A stretch of 64,000 nt of DNA from Vicugna vicugna. Its lineage: Eukaryota. Location of the stretch: positions 1,178,001-1,242,000 of the forward strand of contig MU058059.1 of assembly GCA_013265495.1 (NCBI GenBank). Direction: 5' to 3'. Each line of letters starts with the position of its first letter. The first letter of the stretch is position 1. The notes beneath the pieces were generated by a model. That model was not told the origin of the DNA. It worked only from the letters and a program-made list of their open reading frames with translations, and ran no database searches. Below are positions 39,370 to 51,953 of the stretch, one piece after another. Both the position numbers and the translations under genes were made by a program.

Positions 39370-41436
39370 AAGCATTTACAATTTCTTGGGTTCCTTCCAA
39401 GAAAGCTAACTTCTTATGTGTGGATTTCCCTAGGCTTAGTTTTGAGAAAACCCTATTGGAGCAGAGGAGAATCCCTCTCACCTGGGAGCCCCTGTGCCAG
39501 TAAGAGTTAGGACATAACTATACAGAAAGCACTGGTAGCCAAGAGCCACTGAGTTCTTGCCACACCAGATGGATCCAGCTAATGTCATACCTAGAGGGTC
39601 AGCGAAGCCTGGGCAGCCGTGGTTTCAGATGTGGTCTTCACTTACCAGGAGGGGCAAGACTGATCCCATGAGCTCAACATTTAGAGCCGGGTGTACTTGA
39701 AGTGGTGGCTGTGGTCCAGCCTGAATGGCTGTCTAACGTCCTCTCTCTGGTAACACAAGGGTTTGGGTTTGACTCACACTTCTGTTTCAGAATTGTCTGT
39801 GTTGTATTAGATTTTTATCGTATAGGTCTTTGTGTTTCAGGGGCATGATTTAGCTCATGGCATGTCCAACTCCAGGAAGCCGAGGAAACCTTGTTATAAG
39901 AGTACCATTATTAACACTCCCATTAGGAAAGCTTCCTCAGGACTAAAAAGGATTTATGACCCCCAAGCTTAATTGGAATCAGGCTGAAGGCTGGGGCAGA
40001 ACTGTCATAGTCTCTAGCTTGATGGATGCTTTATGGGTGCTTTGTGCCTGAGGGCCTCTGCTTCCAGGAAGTGGACAGGTAGGCGCTCGGTGAGGGTTCC
40101 TTCAGAAGGCCCACGGCCAAGAACCTGACCACAGAGCCCACCAGAGACTCTCCTCCTTTTACCACCCAGAATCTGTCTAGCAGGTGGGTGGTTCTGAAAG
40201 GAGTTAGCTGCTTCCAGTGACCAATGACCTCGTTTCCTGTAAAATAAAAACTATGTACTTGGGAACATCTCTGTTGGAATATCTGACTGATGAGTCCTGG
40301 TTTCAGGCCCCATGCTTTGCTGGGAGAACATCTGCAGTCCATGATCGTGGGCTACAGCCCAGTTCTCCATTCCTGGAAGACTTATTTTCATATTCCTCTC
40401 CAGTTTTAAGTTCTGTGCTTTTGTGTCATGTTTGAATTCCTTTGACATTTCTCTTACAGTGAGGTTATTTGTAGGCTAAGTAAACCCACCTGGACTTCTG
40501 GCTAATGGCTCGTATTTTAGTGTTTTATTAACATTCATATGTAATGACTGGTTCTCAACAGGCGCAGTTCTGCCCCAGCAAGGGACACATGGCCATGTCT
40601 AGAGGTATTCTTGGTTGTCACAACATAGCAAGCCGAAGTTCTGGCATCCAGTGGGTGGAGGCCAGGGACAGTGCTAAACATCCCACAATGCACAGGGTGG
40701 CCCCCCGCCTCCACCTAAACAACAGAATTATTTAGCCCAAAATATCAGTTGTATTGAGTTTGAGAAACCTTGGCTTAGGGAAAGCACTTCTAAAAACATT
40801 TTTTTTTAACTTTTCCTTAATTTTAGTGTGTCTATATACAGATTTTTTTTATCATGCTTTAATCTTATTAATTAAATGACTCTTGTCTACTTTTAATTAG
40901 CATTAAATAACTTTTCCCATATTCCACGGCTATAGAAAGATTTGTTCAGCTCCGTATAAAGACTATGATGGTAGACCTTTCTGGGCAGTAATCGTCAGTG
41001 AAAGTGCTCTGTGCTCCAGGCACAAGCAGCAGCAGGGGTTGGGTGCTCTCACTGTGAATATTCCATATATCTAGCTCCTGGGAGCATACAGCAAGATCAC
41101 AGAATACCATAAAGATATATTGTTTGGAAGATACAGATGCCAAAGTGCATCTCAACCCGGTCCTGGAAGCCAGAAATGTCAGTAGGTACTGCTGCTCTAT
41201 GTCCTATGTAGCAGAGGATGATGAAGAGCCAAATGACAATGTTGCTACAGTTGAGACTGAAAGAAGGAAATTTGTAGGTGAGGTGTTATTTCAAATGAGA
41301 TCTTCACTACTGAGGTAGAGGCTCTGCTCCAAGCCAAGACCCGAACTTCTGACAGTTGAACCAAACTCAGTGGAGGCATCTTTCAGCGTTACACACAAGT
41401 GCAAAGGTGGAGAAATGCCCTTTGTTTGAAAGCCAC
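39370..41436 (-). pseudogene. Decayed large exon(s): MTTP/Vitellogenin_N-like beta-barrel and alpha-helical domain, interrupted by MER20
   Basis: Acceptor tttgtaatccag|GT. Motifs [75 protein letters not shown] fall in the same order as MTTP [76 protein letters not shown]. Confidence 0.65.
40546..40775. mobile_element. MER20
   Basis: ctggttctcaaca...ggcatccagtgggtggaggccagggacagtgctaaacatcccacaatgcacagg...tgagaaacct. Confidence 0.85.
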
Positions 41437-42114
41437 CTGGATTACAAATCGTGGGTAGAAATCTATTCGAAACAATACAGTAAATGGAAGTCATGAACAT
41501 TTGGAATATTGGAAGGCATCAATCATAGACTACAGACAACTAGAGGGGAAAATTGCTGATAACTAGAGATGATTAATACTTAGATACCAGTTGCAAGTAT
41601 CTGTATAACTAGATACTTGGAAACAAGACTCACCAGTTCAAAATCCACCTGTTGGATAGTGTTTGAAATAAATGAAAATGTTATTTTCAGAGGTTGAGAA
41701 GAGCTCACTTAAACCACATATGAAGTGTTCAAATAATCAAATGTTTTATCCTGTAGATTTCAGACTTGCTTCTTAGAGATTATATAATTAAACATTAATG
41801 CTAACTTTCTAAAATTTCATAACTGTCAAGGGAAATAGGAATGTCAACCTGTCAGCCTTAATACATTATAATAACATACAATATAAAGTGATATAACAGA
41901 TTATTCTGAATAGACATATGAATGATAAGATGTCGTGGTAATTATTGCTTTGGGAGTTAAGTCAAAAAGATCTGTGAATGCAAATATGACAGATATCAGC
42001 TATGTGTGAAGTAAAAACCCTTTCACAAAATTTCTGAGTGAAGACTTTTTTCATTGCTTTAAAAGTCTAAGTGTATGGAAGCTTACAAACCAGGACCCAG
42101 TCAGAATATCTAGA

Positions 42115-42128
42115 CCAGCAGATGGCAC
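42115..42128 (+). promoter_or_regulatory. Candidate CTCF site
   Basis: CCAGCAGATGGCAC matches the CTCF core consensus. Confidence 0.4.
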
Positions 42129-42333
42129 TAAAAGGAAAACCAGTGACTCCAGAGACTTTTCAAGGGATCTTTAAAATTATAGGAGAAAATTCCAAAGTGA
42201 ATGTAAAACAGGTTAAAATTTTGTATTTCCATTATATATGTCGAAGCAAAGGAATGGGGATTTGGGGGAAAGGAATATAAAGCTTATGATATGTCCTACT
42301 TTTTCTTTCATTTTGAATTATTGACTGTTGGAC

Positions 42334-42583
42334 CAATAAATTTTACAAACCTTGAAGATTGTTTCTAATCCACAAATATACCGCTCTAAGTTTCCACGAC
42401 AACCATCTTTAGAGATGTCATCAGGACAGTTGTTCAAGCTGGATAAGCAGCAAGTGGTTAACTCCTCCCAGGGAACCGGCAGCAGATCAGCCGGCTGACT
42501 TTTGCAAGGAGCATTTGTGCCTCTGGGTTTGGTTGCCCTTCTGGACACGTCCACTGTCTGAAGGTTTCGTGTAGGACGAACAC
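42334..42583 (-). pseudogene. Decayed exon, saposin B/NK-lysin-like domain
   Basis: Acceptor ttttctgcctcctcag|G. With 2 frameshifts reads CSS(Y)TK..FRQWTCPEGQPNPEAQMLLAKVSRLICCRF/WEELTTCCLSSLNNCPDDISKDGCRGNLERYICGLETIFKVCK, a saposin-like Cys spacing. The 3' end is approximate. Confidence 0.55.
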
Positions 42584-44539
42584 CTGAGGAGGCAGAAAAC
42601 TGTGGTTGCTATTTAACGAAGCTATCCTCTGCTGATGTTTCATGGCTGGTGTGCTCTACTTAGTGGAGTGTCAGAAGAAAACTGTAGAGGCAAACACATT
42701 AAAAATTATCAGACGTTCTCATGGCCTTTCCCTAGGTGTCTCTGAAGGGTAATTACCTTTTGCACAAGTTGGAAATGAAATGGGGGAAAACATTTTTGTA
42801 CAGAAGTATAAGAAATGATTTTACTGTGGCAAAAATTGTTAAGTTCCAGATGCATTATTTTTTGCTACTTCCAGCTTTTCCTTTTTTCCCCATTTTTATC
42901 CAGATGAGTTCTGCATGATATACAGGACTTACATAGGAACAATAAGAGTCTTTAATAATTCATATCTGAGAGGAGTGAAAATGGCAGAGCACGTATTACG
43001 AGGACATCAGACAGACTGCTTATTCTAACACCTGGAGAATGCTACTGACCCTTCCAGTTTCTCCTAAAAAGGCTTATTCTTTCCTGTCCTGGAAATTTCG
43101 AATATCAAGGGCCCAGGGTTCTTGGACAAGAACCTCTTCATTCTAATGGTTTATGCTCCTTTGGAGTTTAAGCTGAGGATCCAGATAGAATTTTGTTAGC
43201 TAGCAAGAGGAGAAAAGGGAGGGGAGGAGAGAGGAAGGAAAGAAATGTGGAGTCAGAAAGGTCATTTCTGCTTCAGGCTAAATACGAATTCTGATGCGAA
43301 CAGGCAGCAGACAGTTGCCCCAGGAAGCAGTGTTGTAAGGCCATCAGCCCAATGCTGTTGAACAAAGTGTGTGCTGCTGCTTCTGAACCAGATCCTGTCA
43401 TCTGAATCTGAAATGACAGCTGCGTCAAAATAGGTTTGCATTATGTAAACCTAACTCCAATTTTTAAAATGCTGATTCAAAAAAACCTGTGTAACCAGTA
43501 GCAATCAGTTATAGTTGTCAGTTTCTTTGAATGCGGTTTATGATTTTCTCAGCACACCAGGAATGGATTCCATGCTACCACATGATTGAGAAGCTGTGTT
43601 TTCTGAATCGTTAATAAAATAATTACCTTTTATTGGACTTCCAAAGTCCAGATCTATGGCCGACCAGACATGAGGTGGGGTGAGGTGAGGGGTGGGCTAG
43701 CTGAAGTACTGCTGGCTTTGGAATAGATTAAAACAAGCACGCATGTTCCAGCACTGCTGAGCTCAAATGTAAACAAGAGGCATTTTCAGTAGCCAAAACA
43801 TGCAGAAAAAAACAAAAATCCCACACAACAACAACAAAAAAGTGACAGCAGTGGGCTGAAAATGGCCTTGATCATAGGCAAACCTCTAGATCTGGGTTCT
43901 TCCTGTCAGCAAATGCCCACACCAGCAGCAGATTTGGAATTTAAGCCTTCGACGCTCAATGAATGGAACAGACAAACTTGGAGATTGTTAGGAGTTCCTG
44001 TAGGCACCTTCTCTGTCTGGAAAAGTGTCCCAAGGAGTCAGAACTCTCACGGATTATGTGGTCAGAGATAGTTAAGTGAAGTGAAATGTAAGTGAAATAT
44101 CACATGCCCAAGGAAGCAAACTACCATCTACAAATTAGCAAAACAGTCAGTCTAGACACTCCACATCCTGCATAAACACCTCCGATTATTGGGGTGGTCA
44201 GATTTGGCATAGGAAAGAACCATGGCTATAAAATATGGGTTAAAAAAATAGGAACAAAGGATTATCAAAAGTAGCATGCAGGTGAAATGAAAATTAGGAT
44301 TCTTGAAATAATCTAAACAGCATATATTACAGAAATGAAGAGTTAATATTATTCTTGAATTTAAAGAGTAAGCCCTGAACCTCCTGGTAAAAAAAGGGAA
44401 AAGAAAACACATAAATGTATGTCAGAATTACCCAGAATGCAGGCACTACACACACACACACGAGACAGAGTGGGAGGCCCCACATAAATTTAGTATTTGA
44501 GGAGAAAATGAACAGAACAGAAAGGAGAGAAGAGAAAAA

Positions 44540-47500
44540 CAATTTGACTGCAGAGATCTTGTCAGAAGTAACAGAAGTAAAAGACCAGATAATAAGATCT
44601 TCAAAATGCTGAGAAGAAAATAACTGCCAACTCAGAACTGTTTATAGTGCAACCTTTTCTTTTAAAAACTTGGGCAAAGAAAGACATACTTTCCTATACA
44701 CAAAAACAGTTTATGAGCAGCAGTATTTTATCAAGAGGATTCCTAAAACGTATATTTCTAGGTGGAAGGAAAATCATCCCAGAACGTGCTTCAGGAAGAA
44801 TTGCTTAGTTAAAAAAACTGATAAGTACGTGGGTAAATCTAAATGAATATTTTCTGTATGATGCTAAAATACCTAAATTGTGGGGTTAAATAATGAGCTA
44901 AAATACTGATTTTAAAAATACCACATGAATTGGAGGGCGATGATTAGATCTGGTCTTCTAAGGTCCTGTTATTATTCAGGGAGAAGGTTGAGATAGTGAT
45001 GCATGGTGACATTTTGAGGATAAACACTAAGAGAGTGGAAACAGTGACTCACACATAAATACAGGGGGAAAAAAGAAGACTAAAAACAAAACAATTCAAA
45101 AGAAGAAAAAGGCAAAAGAAATGAGAAAAGAATCATTGAAAAGCAGGACAAACAGAAGACACACCAAGTAAGAGATTTGGAACAAGTCTAGGGTTTCTAC
45201 TCCTAGCTCTATGGAAGATCTGATATGTGGAATGACCCTCTCTGTACAAATGGATAAAATTTGGGACAAAATGGAAATAAATCATTTAAATGCATGCAAA
45301 ATGACATGGTATAAGATTAAGAAATCCATAGATCCCAAAAGTTGAGTGGAAACAGAGTCCAGGAAGGAGGCAGATTTCACAGTCAGCTATCACCCTGAGG
45401 GTTTCTGCTGAGCCTAGAGAACTTGTATCCTCCCTACTTTGGCCACTGCACAGGTTATGCATGAGATTCCAGGGCCTGCCCAAGGTGGGAGAATCTAACC
45501 GAAGCCTTCTGCGTAAATCTGTGATCCTGCAAAACTACACCCTTGGTGTCAAGGTTAGTATGAAATAAACCTACACCACAGAAGAGGCCAGAAACGCCCC
45601 TGGTCCTGGGTGAAGAGGAGGTCTCTGAGGATTCATGTCTGTAAGCTTATCTTCATAACATCTTTTGGTCCAAATTCATGTTGCCAGTGTGTTCCAGGGA
45701 GACTGCAAATAGATCGCTTAGAACAAGACACTTGGCAGTACAGTCAGGCAGCAGAGGCAGAAGGAAAAAAATGCTCTGGAAGAATGTAACTTCACATCAA
45801 ACCTGAGAGTTCCTACCGATGATGTTCTAGGGCAAGTAAGCAGGTTTCAGCTTGTGGATGAAACCACAGAATCAACAAACAATGGAAAGAGACTCACAAA
45901 GACCGCAGATATTGGAGTGCCATACCCAGGTTACACAATAACTTTAACATGCTTAAGGAAATTGAAGATTGAAAGATGAACAGAGAACAGAACCTACCAT
46001 GCGGATTAGAAAGAGAACTGAACAGACTTGAAAACTGAGAGATTTAATGATTAAAAATTTAAAACTTGGACACATTAAACAAAGTACACTGCTGAAAAAA
46101 TTAGCAAATGAGAAGATAGTTCGAAAACATTATCCAGGAGTCGGCACAAAATACAAAAGAGAGGTTAAGATAAAGAAGCCTTGAGTGAGATTCAACATAT
46201 TCAATCAAGGTTTCAGAAGAAAAAAAAATCAAGCAGAGACAAAATTGCGGGAGAAAATGTCAGATCCAGGAAACTCAGTGAAAAACAATATACATAATTT
46301 AAAAAAATCTAAAATATATAACAAAACTTCAGAATACCCCCCCAAAAAGACTTTATGGAAGCCAGAGAGAAAACAAAAACCTGCAAAGAACCAGCTATTA
46401 GACTAACGCTGATTTCTCAAGCACAGCAATGGGAGCCAGAATACAGTGGAATAATAACTTTTGGGTGGTGAGGACTGATCATCTGGAATTCTGCACTCGG
46501 AACATTTTTCAAAACTGAAGGCAAAATAAAGCACAAAATAAACAGAAACTGACAGTTTCCCAGGTTTACTAGCCAAAACCCTCACTAACAGAAATACTAA
46601 AAATACACTTTAATAGATTTTTACAATTCTAACCATAGTCTGTTTACACCAAAAACAGAACAATGCAAAGATTAATAGAGGATAGATAAAGATATACCAG
46701 ATAATTATCAACTGAAAAGATTAAATTTTAATCAGATATGCCAGAGGATAGTTGACATAGCTAGTTAATATCTGATAAAAGATTTAAAGCAAGAAGCATT
46801 ATTAGTGGTAGGGATTCACTTCAGAATGCTAAAAAGTTCCATTCATCAGGAAGACATGAAATGCTAAAATTGTAATAGCATAAGTTAATTTTTAAAAATA
46901 GAACTGCAGGCAAAAACAAATACATGTAGATTTTAACACATTTCTCCCAGAAATTAAAAGTTCAAGCAGACAGAAGTGAGTGATGGTATTTAAACAGTGC
47001 AGTGAGCAAGCTTAGATGAGTGCGGTCCTGCATGCAGTGATTGAAGAGTGCACGTTCTTCCAAACACGTGGGAACATTTTCAGACATTGATCATCTGTGA
47101 AGCCATAAAGTTACCTCAGCAGAAACAGGACTGCTGTCACAGAAAACATATTCTCTGATCAAAATGCAACTAAGTTAAGAATAACAGAAAAACTTAAAGA
47201 ATTCCATGTGTTTGGAAATACTGAAAAGTTTTAAATAACTTACGCATCAAGGAAGGAGCAAAATACTATGTGTCAGAAATTGTGAAATGTTATTATACTA
47301 ACAGGGAAATTTATAACCTATAATGCTTTCATTTAAAAGGAAAAGGATTAAAATGAAGGCACTAATAAGCATCCAACATAAGAAACAAAAACAAACAAAA
47401 ACAGCAAATTAATCCCAAAGGAAATCTAATGAAGGAAGGTAATCATAAAAATAAAACCAGCCATTAATGAAACAAAGCAGTCACAAAGGAGAGAATTAAT

Positions 47501-48660
47501 GCCAAAAGTAAGGTTCTTTAAAAAAGGTGAATAAAACAGACAAGCCTCTGTAAAGGTTAATCAAGGAGTGAGAAGATAAGATATTAGGATGAAAGGTGGG
47601 CTTACCTAGTAAGTCTCTAAAGTATCTAAAGTTAAGAATTACTGTGGCCAATTTTAAGCCCATTAATTTGAAAATTTAGATGGAATAGATTAGCTTAAAA
47701 AATACATCTCACGACCCTAGAAGAAACAGAAAATCTGGATATTTTTATAATCACTAATTAAACTGAACGGGCTTTGACAAATTTGACTACTAAAATTAGG
47801 AACTTATGTTTATGAAAAGACATCAAAAAGTAAGTGAAAAATACCACCCACAGACTGGGATTATGAATTTGCTTTGTACATAATATACAAGAAGGATTAT
47901 TCAGATGCTCATTCCTGCCTACAGACGTGAACAGGCATTCCACCAAAAAGGAAATACAGAAGACCGTACGCAAATGGCAAGATACTCAACCTTATTATTA
48001 ACTAGGCAACTCAGAATTAATATCCCAATATTACTTTATTTCTCAATCTTCAGTTTGGGAAAAAAGTTTGAAGCCATATGCCCAGTATTTTGAGGATGTG
48101 GAGCATTGTAATGGGCGTGTGTATTTGAATAACTGTTTTGGACAACAGTTTGACCTGGCCTGGAAAAGCAGGACGTATGCTGCAATTCTACCAGAGAACC
48201 CTGCACACATGTGCTGGGAGACGCATGCATAGAAGCATCGATCATACTAGCACAATTGAGTGAATGGATATATAAATACAGCACAAACAGGTACTGCAGG
48301 TCATGCAAACGTCTGTCAGTCAACACAATGGATAACTTTCGGTACAGTTGCAGAAAGGGCTGTACGTGTGCAGCTGAAACTGAGTAAACCATGGCCTCAC
48401 ACAATACCACATGTGATCTTTAGAACATAGTGGTGTGTGCTTCCAAGAATCAGATTCACAGAGGAACCCATTCCATGTGATTGCATTTTTATAAGTTCAA
48501 TAAACCAAGACTAAACAGTGCATTAAAGCATACATGCATGGATGGTAAAACTTAAAGAAAAGCAAGTTAATGATTAAAATAGAAGGATATTGGTTACCTC
48601 AGGAAGGTGGGAAGAGGAGTTGCAGTTGGGGGTTGGAATATCTGGAGTAATGGCGAGTTC
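44540..48660 (+). mobile_element. Degenerate L1M element(s) (ORF1/ORF2/3' remnants)
   Basis: A-rich plus strand with L1 phrases (gctgatttctca..agcaatgggagccagaa, attctctgatcaaaatgcaa, tttgaaaatttagatggaatag, gacatcaaaaag). Confidence 0.7.
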
Positions 48661-49269
48661 AATTTTTTAGCAAGGAAAATAGTACATAAATTTTGCAGCA
48701 TGGCTTTTAAGTTCTTAAAATGGAACACTACACAGAGATCAAATTAGCATTTGAATGTTGATATGGAATCACATACAGTTGATGTCTACAAAGTTATGTA
48801 ATATAACATTCTGTTTTTTAAAGATAAACTTAGTAGAATCAGACATTTCTCTTTAAAATTAATTTCCTGTCTATAATTGGTAGTTCATTTTATGATTTAA
48901 AATTCTGTCTAGTTTCAGTGATTTTGATATAAAGTTCAAAGTGAGTATTTCTTAAAGCTGTTGTTATTTAAGAAAATACGTTGTATTTAAGTGTCAGTAT
49001 TTTCTGCAGCGTTACTCAGGCTTATAAAATTGCTTGAAGTATCTATATGTTTGTATATTTTTGACATACTTTTTTGAACAAAAAGATAAAGCTAGAATAA
49101 CGTGCAATACTCAATGCTGGTATAACATTATAATTTATAAGGCAAATCTGTTCATGAAATTTACACAGAACAAGACCCTTTGTGCTTTTTTTTTAAGACA
49201 CTTTGTGCTTATGCATTGCAAGTATTTTTTAAACAATTGCTGTTTTGTTGTTGCTGCTCAGTAACGCAC

Positions 49270-49640
49270 CATTCTTTTTTCTCTTTACATTTTGACCCCC
49301 CTTGCCCGTTTCTCCCCTCTCACCCTCGCCTTTGACAGTCACCAATCTGTTCTCTGTATCTATGGGCTTTATTTTTAAGGCTCCCATTTAAGAATGATAA
49401 TATATTTGTCTTTGTCTGACTTATTAGCATAATGCTGTTGAGGGCCATCCATGTTGTCCCAAATGGCATGATTTCACTCTTTTTTATGGCTGTAATATCT
49501 ATTCCGTATGTGTGTACACGTACCACATCTTCTTTACCCATTCATCTATTGGTGGGTACTTAGATTGTTTCCGTATCTTGGCTATTGTAAATAATGCTGC
49601 AGTGAACATGGAGGTGTGGTTATCTTTTTGAGTTAGTGGT
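49270..49640 (-). mobile_element. L1 3' end (L1MA-like)
   Basis: Minus-strand remnant AIKKSEIMPFGTTWMALNSIML; ttggctattgtaaataatgctgcagtgaacat. Confidence 0.8.
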
Positions 49641-50015
49641 GGTGGTGGTGGTTTTCCCGGCAGACAGTAAGTGCTTAATTAATGTTACATAGTTTTACTA
49701 CTATTGCATATTAAATACCATTCAATTGTATAAGCAATTAAAGTGGCATAGAATTAACTTTATTTGCATTAAAGTGCATTCAAGTATATTAAGTAAACAG
49801 TTAACAAGACAGCATATACAGCCTACTTCCATTTTTGTAAATAACAGAATCGATCATAAAATTCTGTGAAGATATACACAAGTCATCACCATTGAGGACT
49901 GCAGGTTATTTACGTATTTTAATTTTGTTTCTTCTGTGTATCTGTAGCTTCTGATTTTTCTTCAACGGCTGTGCCTGATAAAATGTTTTCCTTAGGAACT
50001 GTATGGTGTCCTGCC

Positions 50016-50033
50016 TGACACCAGAGGGCGCTG
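50016..50033 (+). promoter_or_regulatory. Candidate CTCF site
   Basis: TGACACCAGAGGGCGCTG closely matches the CTCF consensus. Confidence 0.45.
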
Positions 50034-50689
50034 ATGCTTGTGAGTTTCTTCTGGTACTAAAGTTAAGGGTGGAATGGTGAGCTGTCCAGGGGCTGAAGAA
50101 GGCTAGAGCGTCAGTCCAGAAGGATGAAAGAATAGTAGCTGGTAGTTACAATGTTTTCACTAGTGAAGAGTGGTTTCCCCAGAAATCCCCACAGAATTTC
50201 ATTGGTTTGGTTTTATCATCAAAGGCAAAGGAGCAATAGCATTAGATGCTGTACTTTCTGGGACTACTTTCCATAGGTTTGTTGTAAAGATCTGACAGAC
50301 CATTGTGTGAAGAACACTGGGGAAACTAAGCTCTGAACATCCCCAAATTAGCTACCTCTTGCTGCGCAGCATACCAGCCCTCTCTCAGCATGCTGTCGGG
50401 TGACGAGGTGCTCGTCCGCTGCCCTTGTGGGTGCAGCTGGGGAAGATGGGGCTTTCTATCTAATTGATCTTTCATTTTGGGCTTCCTCCTGGCATGATGG
50501 TCTCAGGGCAGCATTCTGAAATGACCTGGCAGATGGTCTCAGGGAGCACAGCTTAAAGGCCTGTTGAGAGCTTAGCTGTGGAAAGTGAACATGACTTTCA
50601 CTGCATTCAGTTGGTCCAGGCCAGCCACATTGGGAAAACAGACGCCATCTCTCGATGGAAGAAGTAGCAGAACATTTAATATATCACAG

Positions 50690-50928
50690 CATTTCTTGTC
50701 CTGGGCACTAATCGACATTGTGAGACAATTAATTCTTTGTTGAGTGGGGTGGGGAGAAGGGGAGAGGGGTGTCCTGTGCATTGTAGGGTGGTCACAGCAC
50801 CCCTGGCCTCTAATGACTAGATGCCAGGAGCACACTCACACCCCGGCTGTGACAACCAGAAACATCCCCCAAGCATTGCCAGATGTCCCTAAAGGAGACA
50901 AAATCTCCCCAGGACAGAACCACCGATC
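50690..50928. mobile_element. MER20
   Basis: tgtcctgtgcattgtagggtgg..ccctggcctct..ctagatgccag...gtgacaaccagaaacatc...attgccagatgtcc. Confidence 0.8.
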
Positions 50929-51890
50929 TGCTCCAGGTGCTGATTTCTTTTTTTTTTAAGATGGGTTCTGTTTCTTGGTATCAGCACCTGCTTTTTCAGG
51001 GAAACACTGACTCAGATCTGCTTGTATAACTTAATACCCCAGTTGGGCTGACTCACTTGGCCCGAACAACAAATTCACCTGCCAGTGTGCTGGTGAACTC
51101 TGTACCCCTCTGCTGAGCAGCACGACGGGCATCACCACGTGCGGACGCTCACAAGCATTAGGAAGCAGTCTGCTTTGCTTTTGTTTTGTTTTGTTTCCCA
51201 CAGTCACACCCACCAACACCAACTCTGCCTGCCTCTATGGAGCCAGGAAAGCTGGTGGGGCCACTGCAAACGACAAGGGAAAAGAGGTTCTATGTGTGAG
51301 TGGGAGTGAGAGAAGCATTTTACAATTCACTGAGATTTGAGTTAACTTCATTTTTGTTCACACACATAAAAGACCTACCACCTGTGACTCTTAAGTCACA
51401 CCGTTTGGGGATAATATTTGTGGAAGAATATTTTTTTATGGCAACTCTTTACTATTTCAACAATCATTCCTTCCCAAGCAATGATTAATTTTCAGTTTTT
51501 TCTTCATTGTTCCCTTCCCCTAATATCAGAGATGCAGTAATCATTACAAAATAATTGGAAATCATAACATCTCCAAATACTGGGTGCATCTCTGGTTGGA
51601 AGGTGGCCTCTATGCCCACACTTTAACAAGCCAGCTTTTTCCAGCTCAGCAGGGCTGTCTGTGATGATGCTAATGTCAGCTGAGAGGTGTTGCTGACACC
51701 ATTATTTCTTGAAAGAAACTGAAGGACCAGCATCTTTATGTTCAGAAAACATCCCATTTTGTCGTCTCGGCTCTTTGATGTTGCCAGGCATCACTGAACT
51801 GTGAGATGCTGAGAGGAAATTCATATTCCACAGAAAATACACTTTGCTCAGTAAAGAAGAAACATAATATTGGTAGAACTTTCTGCTTAC

Positions 51891-51953
51891 GGAACTGGAC
51901 ATATGGAGCCACCAGTAGTGAAAACCACCAGGAAGACTGCCAAGATACTCCGC
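51891..51953 (-). pseudogene. Possible signal-peptide exon of the decayed gene
   Basis: ctctgcag|G ... CC|gtaagc. RSILAVFLVVFTTGGSICPVP; the phase-2 donor fits the saposin exon. Confidence 0.25.

Larger units (their letters stand above)
1071..42583 (-). pseudogene. Ancient decayed multi-exon gene: saposin-like + MTTP-like LLT module + VIT + vWA + VWA5-type tail (one gene, or two tandem genes)
   Basis: About 14 minus-strand exon remnants, most with AG/GT boundaries and mostly compatible phases. Translations carry stops and frameshifts but match family motifs in collinear order (manual comparison). Confidence 0.7.

Noticed and set aside
39483..40400. Apparent PKD1-like PLAT/GPS motifs (SCPSW-YDISW)
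   Set aside because: Requires a ~55-nt intron; the MTTP-like reading explains the region with more ordered motifs.
41124..41318. Acidic plus-strand ORF (AEDDEEPNDN)
   Set aside because: Antisense shadow of the minus-strand LLT exon.
41594..41619. Hairpin CAAGTATCT-N8-AGATACTTG
   Set aside because: A 9-bp stem is too short to imply an RNA gene or a transposon end.
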